Positions 24,337 to 36,100 of a DNA stretch of 64,000 bases are shown one piece after another. The DNA lies in contig NKIB01009402.1 in NCBI GenBank assembly GCA_002256025.1, positions 1 through 64,000 of the forward strand, written 5' to 3'. Every line of letters starts with the position of its first letter. Position 1 is the first letter of the stretch. A program made the position numbers and the translations under genes. Source of the stretch: Asterionella formosa. Lineage: Eukaryota. The notes below the pieces were generated by a model. It did no database searches and was not told where the DNA came from. It saw only the letters and a program-made list of their open reading frames with translations.

Positions 24337-24947
24337 TGAAGGAGGACGTACCCTCATCAGAGCGAGCCTTACCAAGAAAGAACGACAAAAAGGCACTCGC
24401 TGAAGAGGAAAAACAAAAGGAAGCAAAGAAAGGCCGAGAGGGAAAATGAGCAAGGTGGAGTCGATATTGTACAGTCCAGGGAGAACAGGATTACATTTTG
24501 TTTGTGCTTTGGCGAGTGTGCCGCCAATTTCTGGCCAAAAATATTTCCTTAAATTGAAGAAGCTAAAAATCGGTGGTGGCATACAATACAAACTGGATAT
24601 CGTGATAAAAATGTTCATTTCAGGTGGTATCCTCGACTTTGAAGATTTGCCAGTGAGCAACTAGGGAAAAACCATGGTTTGTTGAACAATCTAGGCTTGT
24701 CAAAATTCTCTAAAATGTAAAATATTCAATAAAAAAACTGGTAGAATGTAAAGTTCAGACCATGAGCTGATAGATAATTCTGAATCGTAATATTTTTATA
24801 CAGACGTTTTCAATCGTTTATTTTCGGTTCAACACACATAAATGATCAGGAGACCATTTCCTGTGTGACAATACAGATTTCCTATTTAAACAGCTCTTTC
24901 AATCAACGCAAACATTTTAAAAATATGCAAGGATCGTGCGTCTGTTT

Positions 24948-26405
24948 TCAAGTTAGCGTACCTTTGGACCGAACAAGGTCCAATGGTTTTTGCTTGAATA
25001 ATGGCATTTTTCTCATGGGTGACGCCATGACACCCAAAAAATGTTTCAGTTCCTCCTTGACGATACTTCGTTTTCGGGTGAAGTCTTCTACACCAGCGTG
25101 TTCGTGCATCAACGCTTCGGCTTGGTGCGACGTTTGAAAATTCTTCTTTACGGCAGAGGCTTCAGATGAAATTTCCGATGTAATGGTTGGGGCCGTTTTG
25201 AGGGAAGATTGGCCAACCAAAGTGCCGACAGTAATAATGCTACCACCACAAGATGGAGACCGTAACAAGCGTTTGCGGTTACCCAAAAGGTGATCTTCAT
25301 CATGGTGGGAGGTCCAAGAGGCGTGGTCCTCGTAATTACGAGTATTGACTTGACCATCAATGACTAAGTTTTCGATTGGCAAGGGCGGTAACGACGGTAA
25401 GGATGGAAAGGAGGTGTGGCGTACATGTCTACTCATTGTCGGTCTCGGAACAACTGGGGATTCTCCGGTGGTTGATAGTGGAGGGGGAGCATTACGAAAT
25501 TTTAATGGAACAAAGTGTTCTTCAAAGTTGTCGATAGCGTCACAAGCATAATCATTCACCAGGATAGGACTATTCGAGATCATAACTTCCGAGGGAGGCA
25601 TTTTGGTACATAGCGTAGACACCGCGAAAGCATCGCGGCGTGCCATAATCACGGAATCTTCATCTTTCGAAAGCCCCGAGACAATTGATAATTCATCCCC
25701 TTTCTGGCATTCTCGATCGTAGGAGTGACCCACATTGCGATTGCCTCCATTACGGATGACAGCCGTCTCTTCCGTGTCTAATCGTTGTCTAATTCCTTGA
25801 GAGGGCAATGGCGATGCAAACCGATTACGGATGACGGCCGTCTCGTCCGTGTCTAATCGTTGTCTAATTCCCTGAGAAGGTAACGGCGATGTAAACCCAT
25901 TGCGGATGACGGCCGTCTCTTCCGTATCGAATCGTTGTCTAATTCCCTGAGAAGGTAATGGCGATGTAAAACCATTGCGGATGACGGCCGTATTGTCCGT
26001 ATCGAATCGTTGTCTATTTCCCTGGGAAGGTAATGGCGATGTAAACCCATTGCGGATGACGGCCGTCTCTTCCAAATCGAATCGGTGCCTATTTCCATGA
26101 AAGGGCACTGGCGACGGAAACCCTCTGACATAAAAAGGCGAATGATTCATTCTATTATCAGAATTGGTTGATGGCAATTCTTGATGTGAACATTTTTTTG
26201 TCTTCTTATGTTCATCATAAAATGATTCTCGTTGCTGTTGCTGTTGATGTGGACTTTCCACTGAAATGCGATCGTTACTCCTTTCGCTCATGGCGACGGC
26301 AGTGTATTTGGTCAATGATGAATCGTATTTGTTGTGTTTGGTAAAGATGGATCTCGTCTTGTTTCGTCTTGACGATGACTTCAATGAATCTTGATATGCT
26401 GGCAT
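24948..26405 (-). CDS. Hypothetical disordered protein with five 25-aa tandem repeats
   Basis: 485-aa ORF with an internal repeat GFTSPLPSQGxRQRFDTEETAVIRN. Confidence 0.75.
   Translation of the reverse strand: MPAYQDSLKSSSRRNKTRSIFTKHNKYDSSLTKYTAVAMSERSNDRISVESPHQQQQQRESFYDEHKKTKKCSHQELPSTNSDNRMNHSPFYVRGFPSPVPFHGNRHRFDLEETAVIRNGFTSPLPSQGNRQRFDTDNTAVIRNGFTSPLPSQGIRQRFDTEETAVIRNGFTSPLPSQGIRQRLDTDETAVIRNRFASPLPSQGIRQRLDTEETAVIRNGGNRNVGHSYDRECQKGDELSIVSGLSKDEDSVIMARRDAFAVSTLCTKMPPSEVMISNSPILVNDYACDAIDNFEEHFVPLKFRNAPPPLSTTGESPVVPRPTMSRHVRHTSFPSLPSLPPLPIENLVIDGQVNTRNYEDHASWTSHHDEDHLLGNRKRLLRSPSCGGSIITVGTLVGQSSLKTAPTITSEISSEASAVKKNFQTSHQAEALMHEHAGVEDFTRKRSIVKEELKHFLGVMASPMRKMPLFKQKPLDLVRSKGTLT
25749..26123 (-). 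repeat. Coding tandem repeat, 5 x 75 bp
   Basis: Five in-frame copies with high nucleotide identity read directly. Confidence 0.95.
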
Positions 26406-27108
26406 AAAGGGAAATAGTCAGTCGTCTTATTGCTGGATTAATTTTAACGGAGTTCAGTCGTTCGTTATTGGACAGGTGAATCCTATACTCGCTATTTTGT
26501 TAGGAGTTGGACAAATATTTGATCCACGTGAAAATATGGTACTTAAATTTAATATAACCAAATCAGGAAAAAGTGAGGTCTTCCTTTCCGTTTCGTCTGT
26601 CTCATTTTGCACGATTGTGACACACATAAACACGACCACGATATCGTCGCTAACTGAGACATGGAATAGCGCGCCACGACATCACCCCCCTGAAAAATTC
26701 GAATTTGTTGTCGTGGATGGGTGGTTTATGCCGAAGATGGTGTTCGCATAAAATAACGTCCAACATGTAATGCTGAATTTGGGCAAATTGACAGACATCG
26801 TATGTTATGGCCAACCAAAAATATAAGTGTGGATCCAAAATATTAAGCCGACATGACCAACCTTTACGCACGTATGTAGATCGCCTCTTTTTGATATTCA
26901 CATGTAGGTACCAGGGCACTCCTATTTAAAACCTCCTGGCACAGATGGTGATGCTGTGATAAAAACAGAAAAAATATTAAAACAGGGCATCCAACGAGAA
27001 GCAAAGGAGCAAATCATCAATAAACTCACACTGTAACATCAATTCGCATCACAAGCGAAGGAACGAAAAAGGATAACAAAGCCACGAGAATAGTCATCAC
27101 AGAGCATC

Positions 27109-27921
27109 ATGTCGAACGAAACACCAGCTGACCTACCACTCGTCCCTGAAACTGTTTTGAAGAAGCGCCATGATTTGGATGATTTGAACCGACGCAAGGC
27201 GGCACAAGTTCGTATCAACAATAAAGTTTTTTCCAAAACTCTCAAGGGCATTTACGTCAAAAAGCCAGAGACTATTTTGGCGCAAGCCAAGTCTCGAAGA
27301 AATCATGATATTCGATATAAACGTGTGAGTAAAAAAGGAATGCAAACACGAGCTAGCAAAACTGCTGTTAACAAGACAATGGAAGTGGAGGATGACCTTG
27401 CAGTCAAGTTTCAGTCCAACAGCGTGGGTGCCAAAGTAGTCTTTTGTATTCGTATTCGAGACAATGTCAGCATGTCGGGACGAGTCCGTACGGCGTTGCA
27501 TTCCTTGCGACTCAAGAATTTACACGACGGCGTCTTTGTGGAATACAATGCCGAAAATAGAAAACTCTTGCAATTGGTTGAACCGTGGGTCCTGTATGGC
27601 ATTCCTAGTACTGGCATGATTTCCGATTTGATTACTAGACGTGGTCATGGAAAGGTGGGAAAACAACGTATTCCCTTGTCAGACAACACCATTATTGAAT
27701 CGGCGCTGGGAGAAGCGACTGGCATCATTTGCGTGGAAGATTTGGTCCATGAAGTGGGAAATGTGGGTGACAACTTTTCAGTGGCATCTAGCTTTTTGTG
27801 GCCGTTCAGACTGTCAGCCCCCAAGACCCGATTCGAACAGCAGAAGCTCAATGACAAGAATGGAAAAATCTACGGAGATAGAGGAGAAGAGATTGACTTT
27901 TTTGTGAAGCAAATGTTGTAA
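27109..27921 (+). CDS. uL30 family protein (60S ribosomal protein L7 or its biogenesis paralog RLP7/RPL7L1)
   Basis: VPETVLKKR, VVFCIRIR, LQLVEPWVLYGIP, RIPLSDNTIIE, GIICVEDLVHE, FLWPFRLSAP, GDRGEEI. Its divergence suggests the RLP7-like paralog. Confidence 0.9.
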   Translation: MSNETPADLPLVPETVLKKRHDLDDLNRRKAAQVRINNKVFSKTLKGIYVKKPETILAQAKSRRNHDIRYKRVSKKGMQTRASKTAVNKTMEVEDDLAVKFQSNSVGAKVVFCIRIRDNVSMSGRVRTALHSLRLKNLHDGVFVEYNAENRKLLQLVEPWVLYGIPSTGMISDLITRRGHGKVGKQRIPLSDNTIIESALGEATGIICVEDLVHEVGNVGDNFSVASSFLWPFRLSAPKTRFEQQKLNDKNGKIYGDRGEEIDFFVKQML

Positions 27922-28992
27922 AACGAATACTTATTGTCACTTTGCACGTTTCAATGATAGGAAGGATCATTGTATTGGGTAGGAATAAAAACAGGTTGTT
28001 TCCAACATTGTATTTAAGTTGATGTAAAAATGCCATTATTGTATAATAATGTTGTTGTTCAATGGGAAGAGGAGGTGTAGAAATGCCACATCGTTTTGTA
28101 ATGTTGTTGTTCAATGAGAAGAGGAGGGGGCTAACAAGTGCCAATTTGTGCCCGAGATACTTGCGAACGTAGGTCAGATCCTCGGTTTTAATCGCTGATT
28201 CGAACGGAGAAACGCTTGGCCATGAAGGACCTGTCAATTGGCTGTTCACTTCAATGCAGCTCAAATACGCAACTGTCGTTCCTCTGGCATTGAACTGTCA
28301 CCATCTTGGTGCAGGGTCACGATTCATTTTGTCAACAGTAACTACAAATGGATTGTAAACCCATTGCTTCAGAATTATAGTACTATTCCATTTAATAATG
28401 CTATTTTTAGTACAGTGATGAAATCGGGATGCATCACGCACATGATTTGAAACGACAACAATTTATTTAGTCAACACAAAGAGACCACCGCGTTATACAG
28501 GATACATTATACTATGCTTAGTACCGGTATTCCAAAACTTTGATTCGTACATGATTTGAAAAAGAATTGATTTCCTCAGGAATGAATACACTTCATTTAT
28601 CAAATGGACTTCTTAAGACCATCCATGCACGTATACATCCAGACGTTCACACAATGCACACAGTGGACTACAGTCTAATGCACGGAATATAATATTAATA
28701 ATACTGCCAGGTACTACTACATACCGTAGCAATGATACACGATCCTGGATGAATGAGGCTGTGGTGTGAAATTATTTTATCAATTCTATTTCATTCTTGG
28801 GCTCGCTCGTTGTCCTTTCCATTATGGGTGTATGATTATAATACAGGTATGTAGGAGTACATACCGGTAGCAAATATTGATCCTCAACACATTCACTTTA
28901 CTTGTATCATTAAAATCTTGACTCTGAGCTGTTGGTTTCTGTGTTCGTTTCTCCAGTCAGTCCCTATTCTTGTTGTGCACGCTCTCTCCCGA

Positions 28993-30234
28993 ATGATTAA
29001 ATTCAACGTATTAAGGCGGTGTCGGCATCGTCATTGGATAAACCGCCGCAACAGTGGGCCTCAACGACGAGAACAAAATATTAGCAGTATGCTCGTATTG
29101 TTCTTTCTTGTCCTGACGTTTATTTTCTTTGCGAAACCTCGTACCACGTTATTCGAAGAAGAATTGAACTTTCCTATTACTGCCGGGATACACAATGGTA
29201 TACGCACCAAATACTCAAAGTCACTGAGAGAGGCACTGGTCAGTTCACACGTTTCGTTGTTTGCTTGCTATAAGGATGTACGGTAGATTCGGATCCAAGT
29301 ATTCTCGAAAGGTCCATGAACTCACGTCCTCGTTCGCTTCATTTCCCAGAATCTCCCTGCATTGTCGAAGTTTCCCATCCAAAGGCCAATGATTATTGGT
29401 CACCGTGGTGCCATCTATGAGGAACTGGAAAATACAATGGCAGGCTTTCAAAAGTGCCTGGACATGGGGTGTGATGCCATTGAGTTGGACGTGTTCAAGT
29501 TGCACGATGGGACCTTGGTTGTCTTTCATGGAGGAGGAACAGATGACCATCCCGGAGACTTGAGTCACTATTGTATTGGAAGGAATGGAACGTCGATACT
29601 TGACTTGGAATATCATGAAACGCAAGAACTACAATTCAATCCAAACTATCCTGACTTTGGCTGTGACGCTAATGCCATTCGCCGTGGTCGCATCCCAACA
29701 TTAGAAGAAGTCTTGGTAGCTGTCAAGGAATCGTTTCCATCTGCGACTGTCAAAATGGAACTCAAGGGAGAAGGAACCGTACAACCCACTTTGGAACTAG
29801 TGGAAGAATTGGGTATGGTGGACCAATGTCAGTTTAGTAGCTTTGTTTTCTCCCGACTGGACGAACTTCGCATGTCTAGGCCAGAGACAATGGAAGATGG
29901 CACGTATAGATACAAGACGGGGGCCTTGTTCAATCATGTTCCAGACAATTTTTTAGAATTGGCACAAGATGTGGGGGCCTCGGAAATTCACCTTCGATAT
30001 GACACCTGTACAGTGGACAGAATACAATCAATACATTCTCGCAATATGAAGAGTATGGCATGGTTCCGAGGTCCCATGAAGATGAAATATGATGTTTTAA
30101 ATAAATGGCATGATGTGGGAAATGAAGACGAAAGCATGTATCTCATGGTTGCCGAAACGGGAGTACAACAACTATGTTTGAATCGACCCAATGTAGCACT
30201 CAAAATGTGGAATAATTGGCCCAATCACAACTAA
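28993..30234 (+). CDS. Glycerophosphodiester phosphodiesterase (GDPD) with probable N-terminal membrane anchor
   Basis: IIGHRGA, ENTMAGF, IELDV, VVFHG, IPTLEEVL, KMELKG. The upstream same-frame ORF with TM MLVLFFLVLTFIFF can be joined by a phase-0 GTACGG...CCAG intron at 29278-29349. The 5' structure is uncertain. Confidence 0.85.
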
Positions 30235-30869
30235 TTCAACTGTAAATAGCTATGATGTAGTGACAGTGTTAGACTATATCTCGGCATTGAAGTGAATTTT
30301 GAATGCTTGCTTCTTCTTCATATCATGTCTAGCTTACACTCGGTAAACTAAACTTTGTTATATTTCTTTCAAGACTCCTTTTAATGGAAATATGGCTTTT
30401 CCTGTGCATGAGCCATTCCAGACGAATTGTGTGAGGGCAAACATGAGCCCTACATCATTAAAGAGAAATGAAAAAGACCAATGTTCCAGCACTACACAAC
30501 TTGGTAGCTGGTACCAGGTACCAGGTTCGCAGTATAGGAAATTTTTGTCGGTTCACAAAGACATAATTAATACTTCACCTAGTACCTGGTGCCAGATACT
30601 CTACACCTCTACATATGTATACCGGTAAAAAGGCAGTAGCTATTATGCATGGGAGTACGAGGTATTACTGGTACCTGGTACATACTGGTACTGGTCCCGT
30701 CCCAGCACTATCAGCCAGCGACCACCTAGATTTGATACCGGTATGCATCATCATGTTGACAAGTGTTGTTGGTTGCTTGGTTTAGTCACCCCACATACAT
30801 GGTATGATAGATGATAGCAATAGTTCCTGTTTGCTGCTTGTTGTTAGCCGCAATTTATCATAATGGACA

Positions 30870-31502
30870 ATGAATGATCCACCTCCTCACCCATGCCATC
30901 ACTTGGCGCCCTTCCGAATGCACAAATGGCGACCCGATCCAAACCTATCAAGCGACGAAAACTACATGGACATGGTCCTATTGCTTACCAGGAACAGCAC
31001 GTGCAAACAAGGTCACATGGCATGTGCCATTGTCAAAAAGGCAGCAGAGACAGGGGCGGCTTCGGAAGCGGATATTTACAATGCCATTCAAGCCGTTGGC
31101 GTCAATGGGTCTGTTTTCAAGCCCATGGATAGTGACAATCACGCTGAAATAGCAACCATTGGGGTTGCTGCCAAACATGGACGAGCCCTCCAGTTTGGGA
31201 CTGCCTACATTACCATGCCTCCTTGTAAGACCTGCTTTGGAGCCCTAGTGGCATGTGGCATTTCTCGCATCGTTACACTGAGACCGACAGTCGACGCACC
31301 GATACTAAAGGCAGCGAACGAACTTAATATTGCCATGGATACGGTCAATGCGGAACAGTGTCAGGAACGAGTCATGAGACATGTGTTGGAGGACCCGGTG
31401 GCTATTCAAGCGAAGCGGCAAGCGAGGAAAGAGCGGAAGCGGAAAGACAAGCAGCAAAAAGCAGAAGCGACGAGCTGCAAGGTGGGCAAGTTTGATACAT
31501 AG
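30870..31502 (+). CDS. Cytidine/dCMP deaminase-like zinc-binding protein
   Basis: NHAEIA and YITMPPCKTC (HxE...PCxxC), GISRIV, and a basic C-terminal tail. Confidence 0.88.
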   Translation: MNDPPPHPCHHLAPFRMHKWRPDPNLSSDENYMDMVLLLTRNSTCKQGHMACAIVKKAAETGAASEADIYNAIQAVGVNGSVFKPMDSDNHAEIATIGVAAKHGRALQFGTAYITMPPCKTCFGALVACGISRIVTLRPTVDAPILKAANELNIAMDTVNAEQCQERVMRHVLEDPVAIQAKRQARKERKRKDKQQKAEATSCKVGKFDT

Positions 31503-32029
31503 GCATGAGCAATTCTTATCCACATGAATTCGAGGACCATTTTGATTTCTCGTCGTGTAATGTCACACGACTTAAAACTGTTGTTCGATATTCTTCGCGA
31601 TACACATGCAATTACTACACATGCATGAAAGTGAAATTCCAATCAATATACCGGTATACAACACATATGTATGTACCATCTGCTGTGCGAGGTTTCAAAC
31701 CATGGAAGCAATCACTCGGAGTAGGAACAGCGAAGACTTTTCAGTTTATTTATGTATTAGCGAATCTTCGCAGGGTTGAAGCGATGTCATCAGTTCGTCA
31801 AGCCTTCGCCTTCCATGTATAAGAAGCAAGCGATATCGGCTACATACTTTACTCCTGCTGAATGTATTATTGAACGAATGCAACAATTTCAAAGCAGCTT
31901 TCGCCAAGCTAACGGTCATTTTCGGTCACGACTGTGTGCTGTAGTCATAGCACTTGTGGTTGTTGGATGAATGTGTTTCACATTTTTTTCAAATACGTAT
32001 TTCGTCCTTCCATTTCAGTTCAATCAACA

Positions 32030-32788
32030 ATGACGTTGTGTTCCACGGATTCCCATCACCCTAACGACGATGCTGTTGAGGATCTTAGTAGAAGTGCCAT
32101 TGCCATTTCAATGTGTGCCACTGATTGCTATCACACTAAAGACTTCGATGCTGAGGAACATGGTAGCAATACGGACGAGAATGCTGTTAAGGAAAGTAAC
32201 CCTGGAATCTTCCATATCCTTATTTCGACCGTTTATGCCAAGGATGATGTTGTGAATGGAGGCATGCTGGAATGCAATGCCATGTCTACAGTTCTTGGAG
32301 TCTATCCAACCCAGGCACTTGCGACAGAAGCCTGTAATGGCAAGCAAGATGAGTTCAGCATGATGCAAATCAGTAACGGGAATGGAAAGCAAATCTTTCA
32401 TTGTTTTGGTGGCGAATGCACCACATTTCAAATTGCGAGTCATCCTATTATTCGTGGCAAAGGTCCCCTGGGTTCTGCCGCACCTCTCCAACAGGTTGAC
32501 CATTCCGAGAACAACGATGCATGTACTGGTGCTCATCCAAAGGTCTTTGTCGTTATCTCGACCTGTCACGCCAAGGATGATGTTGCAGAATGGGGTGGTC
32601 TAGAATGCAATGCGACTTCGACTGTCATTGGAGTCTATGAGACAGAAGCCCTTGCTACCAATGCATGTGACGAAAAGAAGCAATGCTTCCCCATGAGTAC
32701 TGCAGATGGATTATATTTCCATGATGGCAACACTGATTGCACTACCTTCCAGATTGTGGAACAAGCAATCACCACCAAAAACAAATGA
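32030..32788 (+). CDS. Hypothetical protein with two copies of an ~75-aa domain
   Basis: ISTVYAKDDV...LECNAMSTVLGVY...CTTFQI is repeated as ISTCHAKDDV...LECNATSTVIGVY...CTTFQI. The start is placed at ATG 32030. Confidence 0.75.
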   Translation: MTLCSTDSHHPNDDAVEDLSRSAIAISMCATDCYHTKDFDAEEHGSNTDENAVKESNPGIFHILISTVYAKDDVVNGGMLECNAMSTVLGVYPTQALATEACNGKQDEFSMMQISNGNGKQIFHCFGGECTTFQIASHPIIRGKGPLGSAAPLQQVDHSENNDACTGAHPKVFVVISTCHAKDDVAEWGGLECNATSTVIGVYETEALATNACDEKKQCFPMSTADGLYFHDGNTDCTTFQIVEQAITTKNK

Positions 32789-33149
32789 TGGAAGGAGCAG
32801 TACAGACTGACCACCACATGACAGTGATACTTCGCGTATCTATAATTGAATTGATGTTTAGCATCCTCCCAGAGGTCATGTAGAAGAGGAAATATGTATG
32901 GATCCAAAATAACTAGACGTTTGTTTTGATATTACATCATTGCACTGTGGATCTCAGTCTGTATTACATATTATTCTATTTGGGGCGGTAATTAATTGCC
33001 ATTATTTTTAATGTCTGTTTCCTAGAACACTCTTGGCATGGTGTTTTATCAAACAAGAAGACCCTTCGCACGGTGCTGTGTGAGGGGACGAAATAAAATG
33101 AAACCAATAAAAAAACAATTATATACAGAAGGTGTGAGGCATACGATTT

Positions 33150-36100
33150 TTACTCTACAATGTCTGCATCTACAGAAAAGGGTGTGGGAAGTCGTTTGCT
33201 TTTGTCAGTCGGATGCCAATGGGCACCTGCTTGACTCAACAAAAAATCAACGTCGCCCCTAGGTGGATATGCCTGAGTAAAGTCATCCACGATTGATTGA
33301 GCATTGGCATCATTGAGGTCAGCTATATACACAGTTGCAGCCATTCTCATTTCCTTGTTTTCCAAATAATTCACAGCAGCCGTTGCATGATATGCAAGGT
33401 CACCCACCATCGAAGCAACGTTTGGTTGATACTTGTATTGTCCAATCAAATTTCTATCATCGTCAGATCTGTCAGGCAGAATGTCGAGCTCTGGACCAGT
33501 TTCATTAGCAAGAATCAACGGAATAATAACATTGAAAGCTTTGCCTTGAGTTTCTTTAAAGTCGTAATGCATATACCCAGTTTCACAATGAGACACACCA
33601 ATGAATGTTACGTGATAAACAGAAAGTCCATCAAGATCAAAGTAGGTACCAATGCTATTCAAAATTTCGTCAAACCCACCAGCACTCAAGATACGGAGGT
33701 ATTCTTTATGTGTCTCCTCATCGGCTGGAGATATCCAGTGCATGTTAGAATGCCAGAAGCTATGTGGCCGTTGAACATACCACTCATAACCCCCAAATTG
33801 ATCATAGCGGTGGCTGCCAGGTTCCAATGGTTCCCCATCAATCTGTAATTTTCGAAATGCCTCCGTGATTCCAGTCCTGTCGCAATAGTCCAAGAGTGTC
33901 TTGGGAAGGATTTCTGGCAAGCCCACACGAAACGCAAACTCACTTGGTGCTTCCCCATTTCCAAGCCATCGCAATTGTGAAATCTCATTTGGCTGAAGGG
34001 AGTTGGCAATAAAATCACCAGTGGTGACTGGAATCGGCAATTTCTTCAAAGAATCTGCTTTCTTCCAATGCAGGCCTGCCTTTTCCAGGAGATTTTGTGC
34101 ATCGGCGTTACGCAGGTAGGATAATTCAAGAGTGTCTAAAACAGCATTGACGTTATCTTTGCTAATGTCAGCAAGAAGAATCTCCACCACCATTTGCATT
34201 TCCTCATCCACTCGGTAGTCGCATTTAGCAACTGAATGAATTGCTCCATCTCCTATGATGATACCAACATCATCCTCAAAGTGATATGGCCCCATTGTCT
34301 GCCTGTCATTTGACCAAATTTCGAGTTCTGGACCAACATTTTCTCCAAGAGAGATTGGTATGAGGATCTTGAAAATTTTCCCTCCAGAATCAGGTAACAA
34401 GCGATCGAAGCTTCGAGCATTGCGACTCACACCCATGATAGCTACTGAGTACACAGTCAGTGAATCCAATTCATAGTGAACACCTATGCGATCAATTACT
34501 TGATCGAAACCACCGGCACTTAGAACAGTCAAGAAATTGTCGTGTGCAGCCTCATCACCTGGTATAAGCCAGTGAAGATTCAGAGAATTGTCGGCAGGTC
34601 GTTGGATAAACCAATTGAATCCTCGAAAGACTTCGGGTTCTCGGCCGCCAGGTTTCAAGTAATCTTGGAATATTAGCGTGCCATGAAAGTAGTCTACCAT
34701 TGTCATTCGAGTAATGAATGATCGCAACTTGTCAATTAAGGACAGAGGCAGGCCAATTCGGTCTGCATACTTTGTCAGAGTGCCAACTGCCCACTTCATT
34801 GGAGCGATCTCGCCTACAGCAACAGGTGCCATGTCGCTGGCGATGAATGGTTTTGGAAGTTTCACGCTGCCATCTGGCTTCCAGTTAGTTGCAGCTCGAC
34901 GCAGCAAATGCTCAGGATCGTCTGCCGGAGGGAATGCTTGAGTAAAATCTATCATCAATCGTTTAAGATTCTTGGGGTTGACATCTGCAATATATACAGT
35001 CGCTGCCATTCTCATTTCCTTGTTGTCACGATAGTCACACGCAGCCGTAGCATGCTTGGCCATGTCGCCAACGATATTTGCAACATTGTGTTCATACTTG
35101 TAGCTACCAACTGGAAGATCATCTTTCCATTCATCACCATCTTGCCTCAAATCTAACTCCGGACCTGTTTTATTCGCTAGAATAAGGGGAATAATGATAT
35201 TGAAAGCTTTGCCGTCAATGTCCTTGAAATCATGGTGCATGAAACCCTTGGAACAATGACTCACTCCAATAAATGTTACATGGTAAGCCACCAAACCGTC
35301 CAATCCAAAATGCTTTCCAATTTCATCCAGGATACTGTCAAAGCCACCTTCGCTAAGTATTCTTAAGTAGTCATCATGTGCATCTTCGTCCGCTGGAGAA
35401 ATCCAATGCATATTTGACTTCCAGTGACTTTCCGGTCGCTGGACGTACCAATTGTAGCCACCAAATGGAGTGAAAAGATCAGTTCCTGGCGTCAAGGGAT
35501 TGCCGTCAATGAGAAGCTGTTTGAAGGCATCAGTGATTCCAACACGGTTGCAATAGTTCAAGAGTGTTTCAGATATCTTTTTATCCAATCCAATGCGGAA
35601 TGCATACTTGGACACAGTCTCGTTCGTTTTGGCCCATCTAACTTGAGATATTTCGTTTGCTTTCAAGGGAACATTGGCAAAAGCATCCGCTTCACGGATT
35701 GGTGTATCCATCCAAATTTGGGGATAGAGCAAAGGAGGCACACCAATCATATGACGAAAGGCACCAGGCAAATATTGATCTGTCGAATACGAGCGGTCTA
35801 CAAGTTTAATTTGATTTGCTGGGACGTTCGTTACTACATGGGTCTGAGTGGGACTCAAGAAGCAAGCATATGTTCCCACTAGATTTCCCACTGTATGCAT
35901 CATTGCTGTGTAATGGATTGATCCATCATTAGAGACTCTTTCCACAATATCACACGGTCGTAAACATCCTATATGGTGAACTTCCCATTCAATCTCGAAT
36001 TCTTCCTCCTCTGCTTCATCGCCTTCCACGTTATGAACCTTGTAAACACAAGCCGTCCGTATATTATCAGGATAAGGCTTTGTCTTCTGCTCAGTTGTTG

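Noticed and set aside
25749..26123. Regular repeats considered as a CRISPR-like array
   Set aside because: They are contiguous in-frame coding repeats with no unique spacers and no cas genes, in a eukaryotic context.
27848..28327. Minus-strand frame with an in-frame TGA and a ~52-bp duplication (28024-28130), considered as a selenoprotein or ankyrin fragment
   Set aside because: No redox motif or SECIS was recognised and the repeat breaks frame. It is at most a pseudogene fragment.
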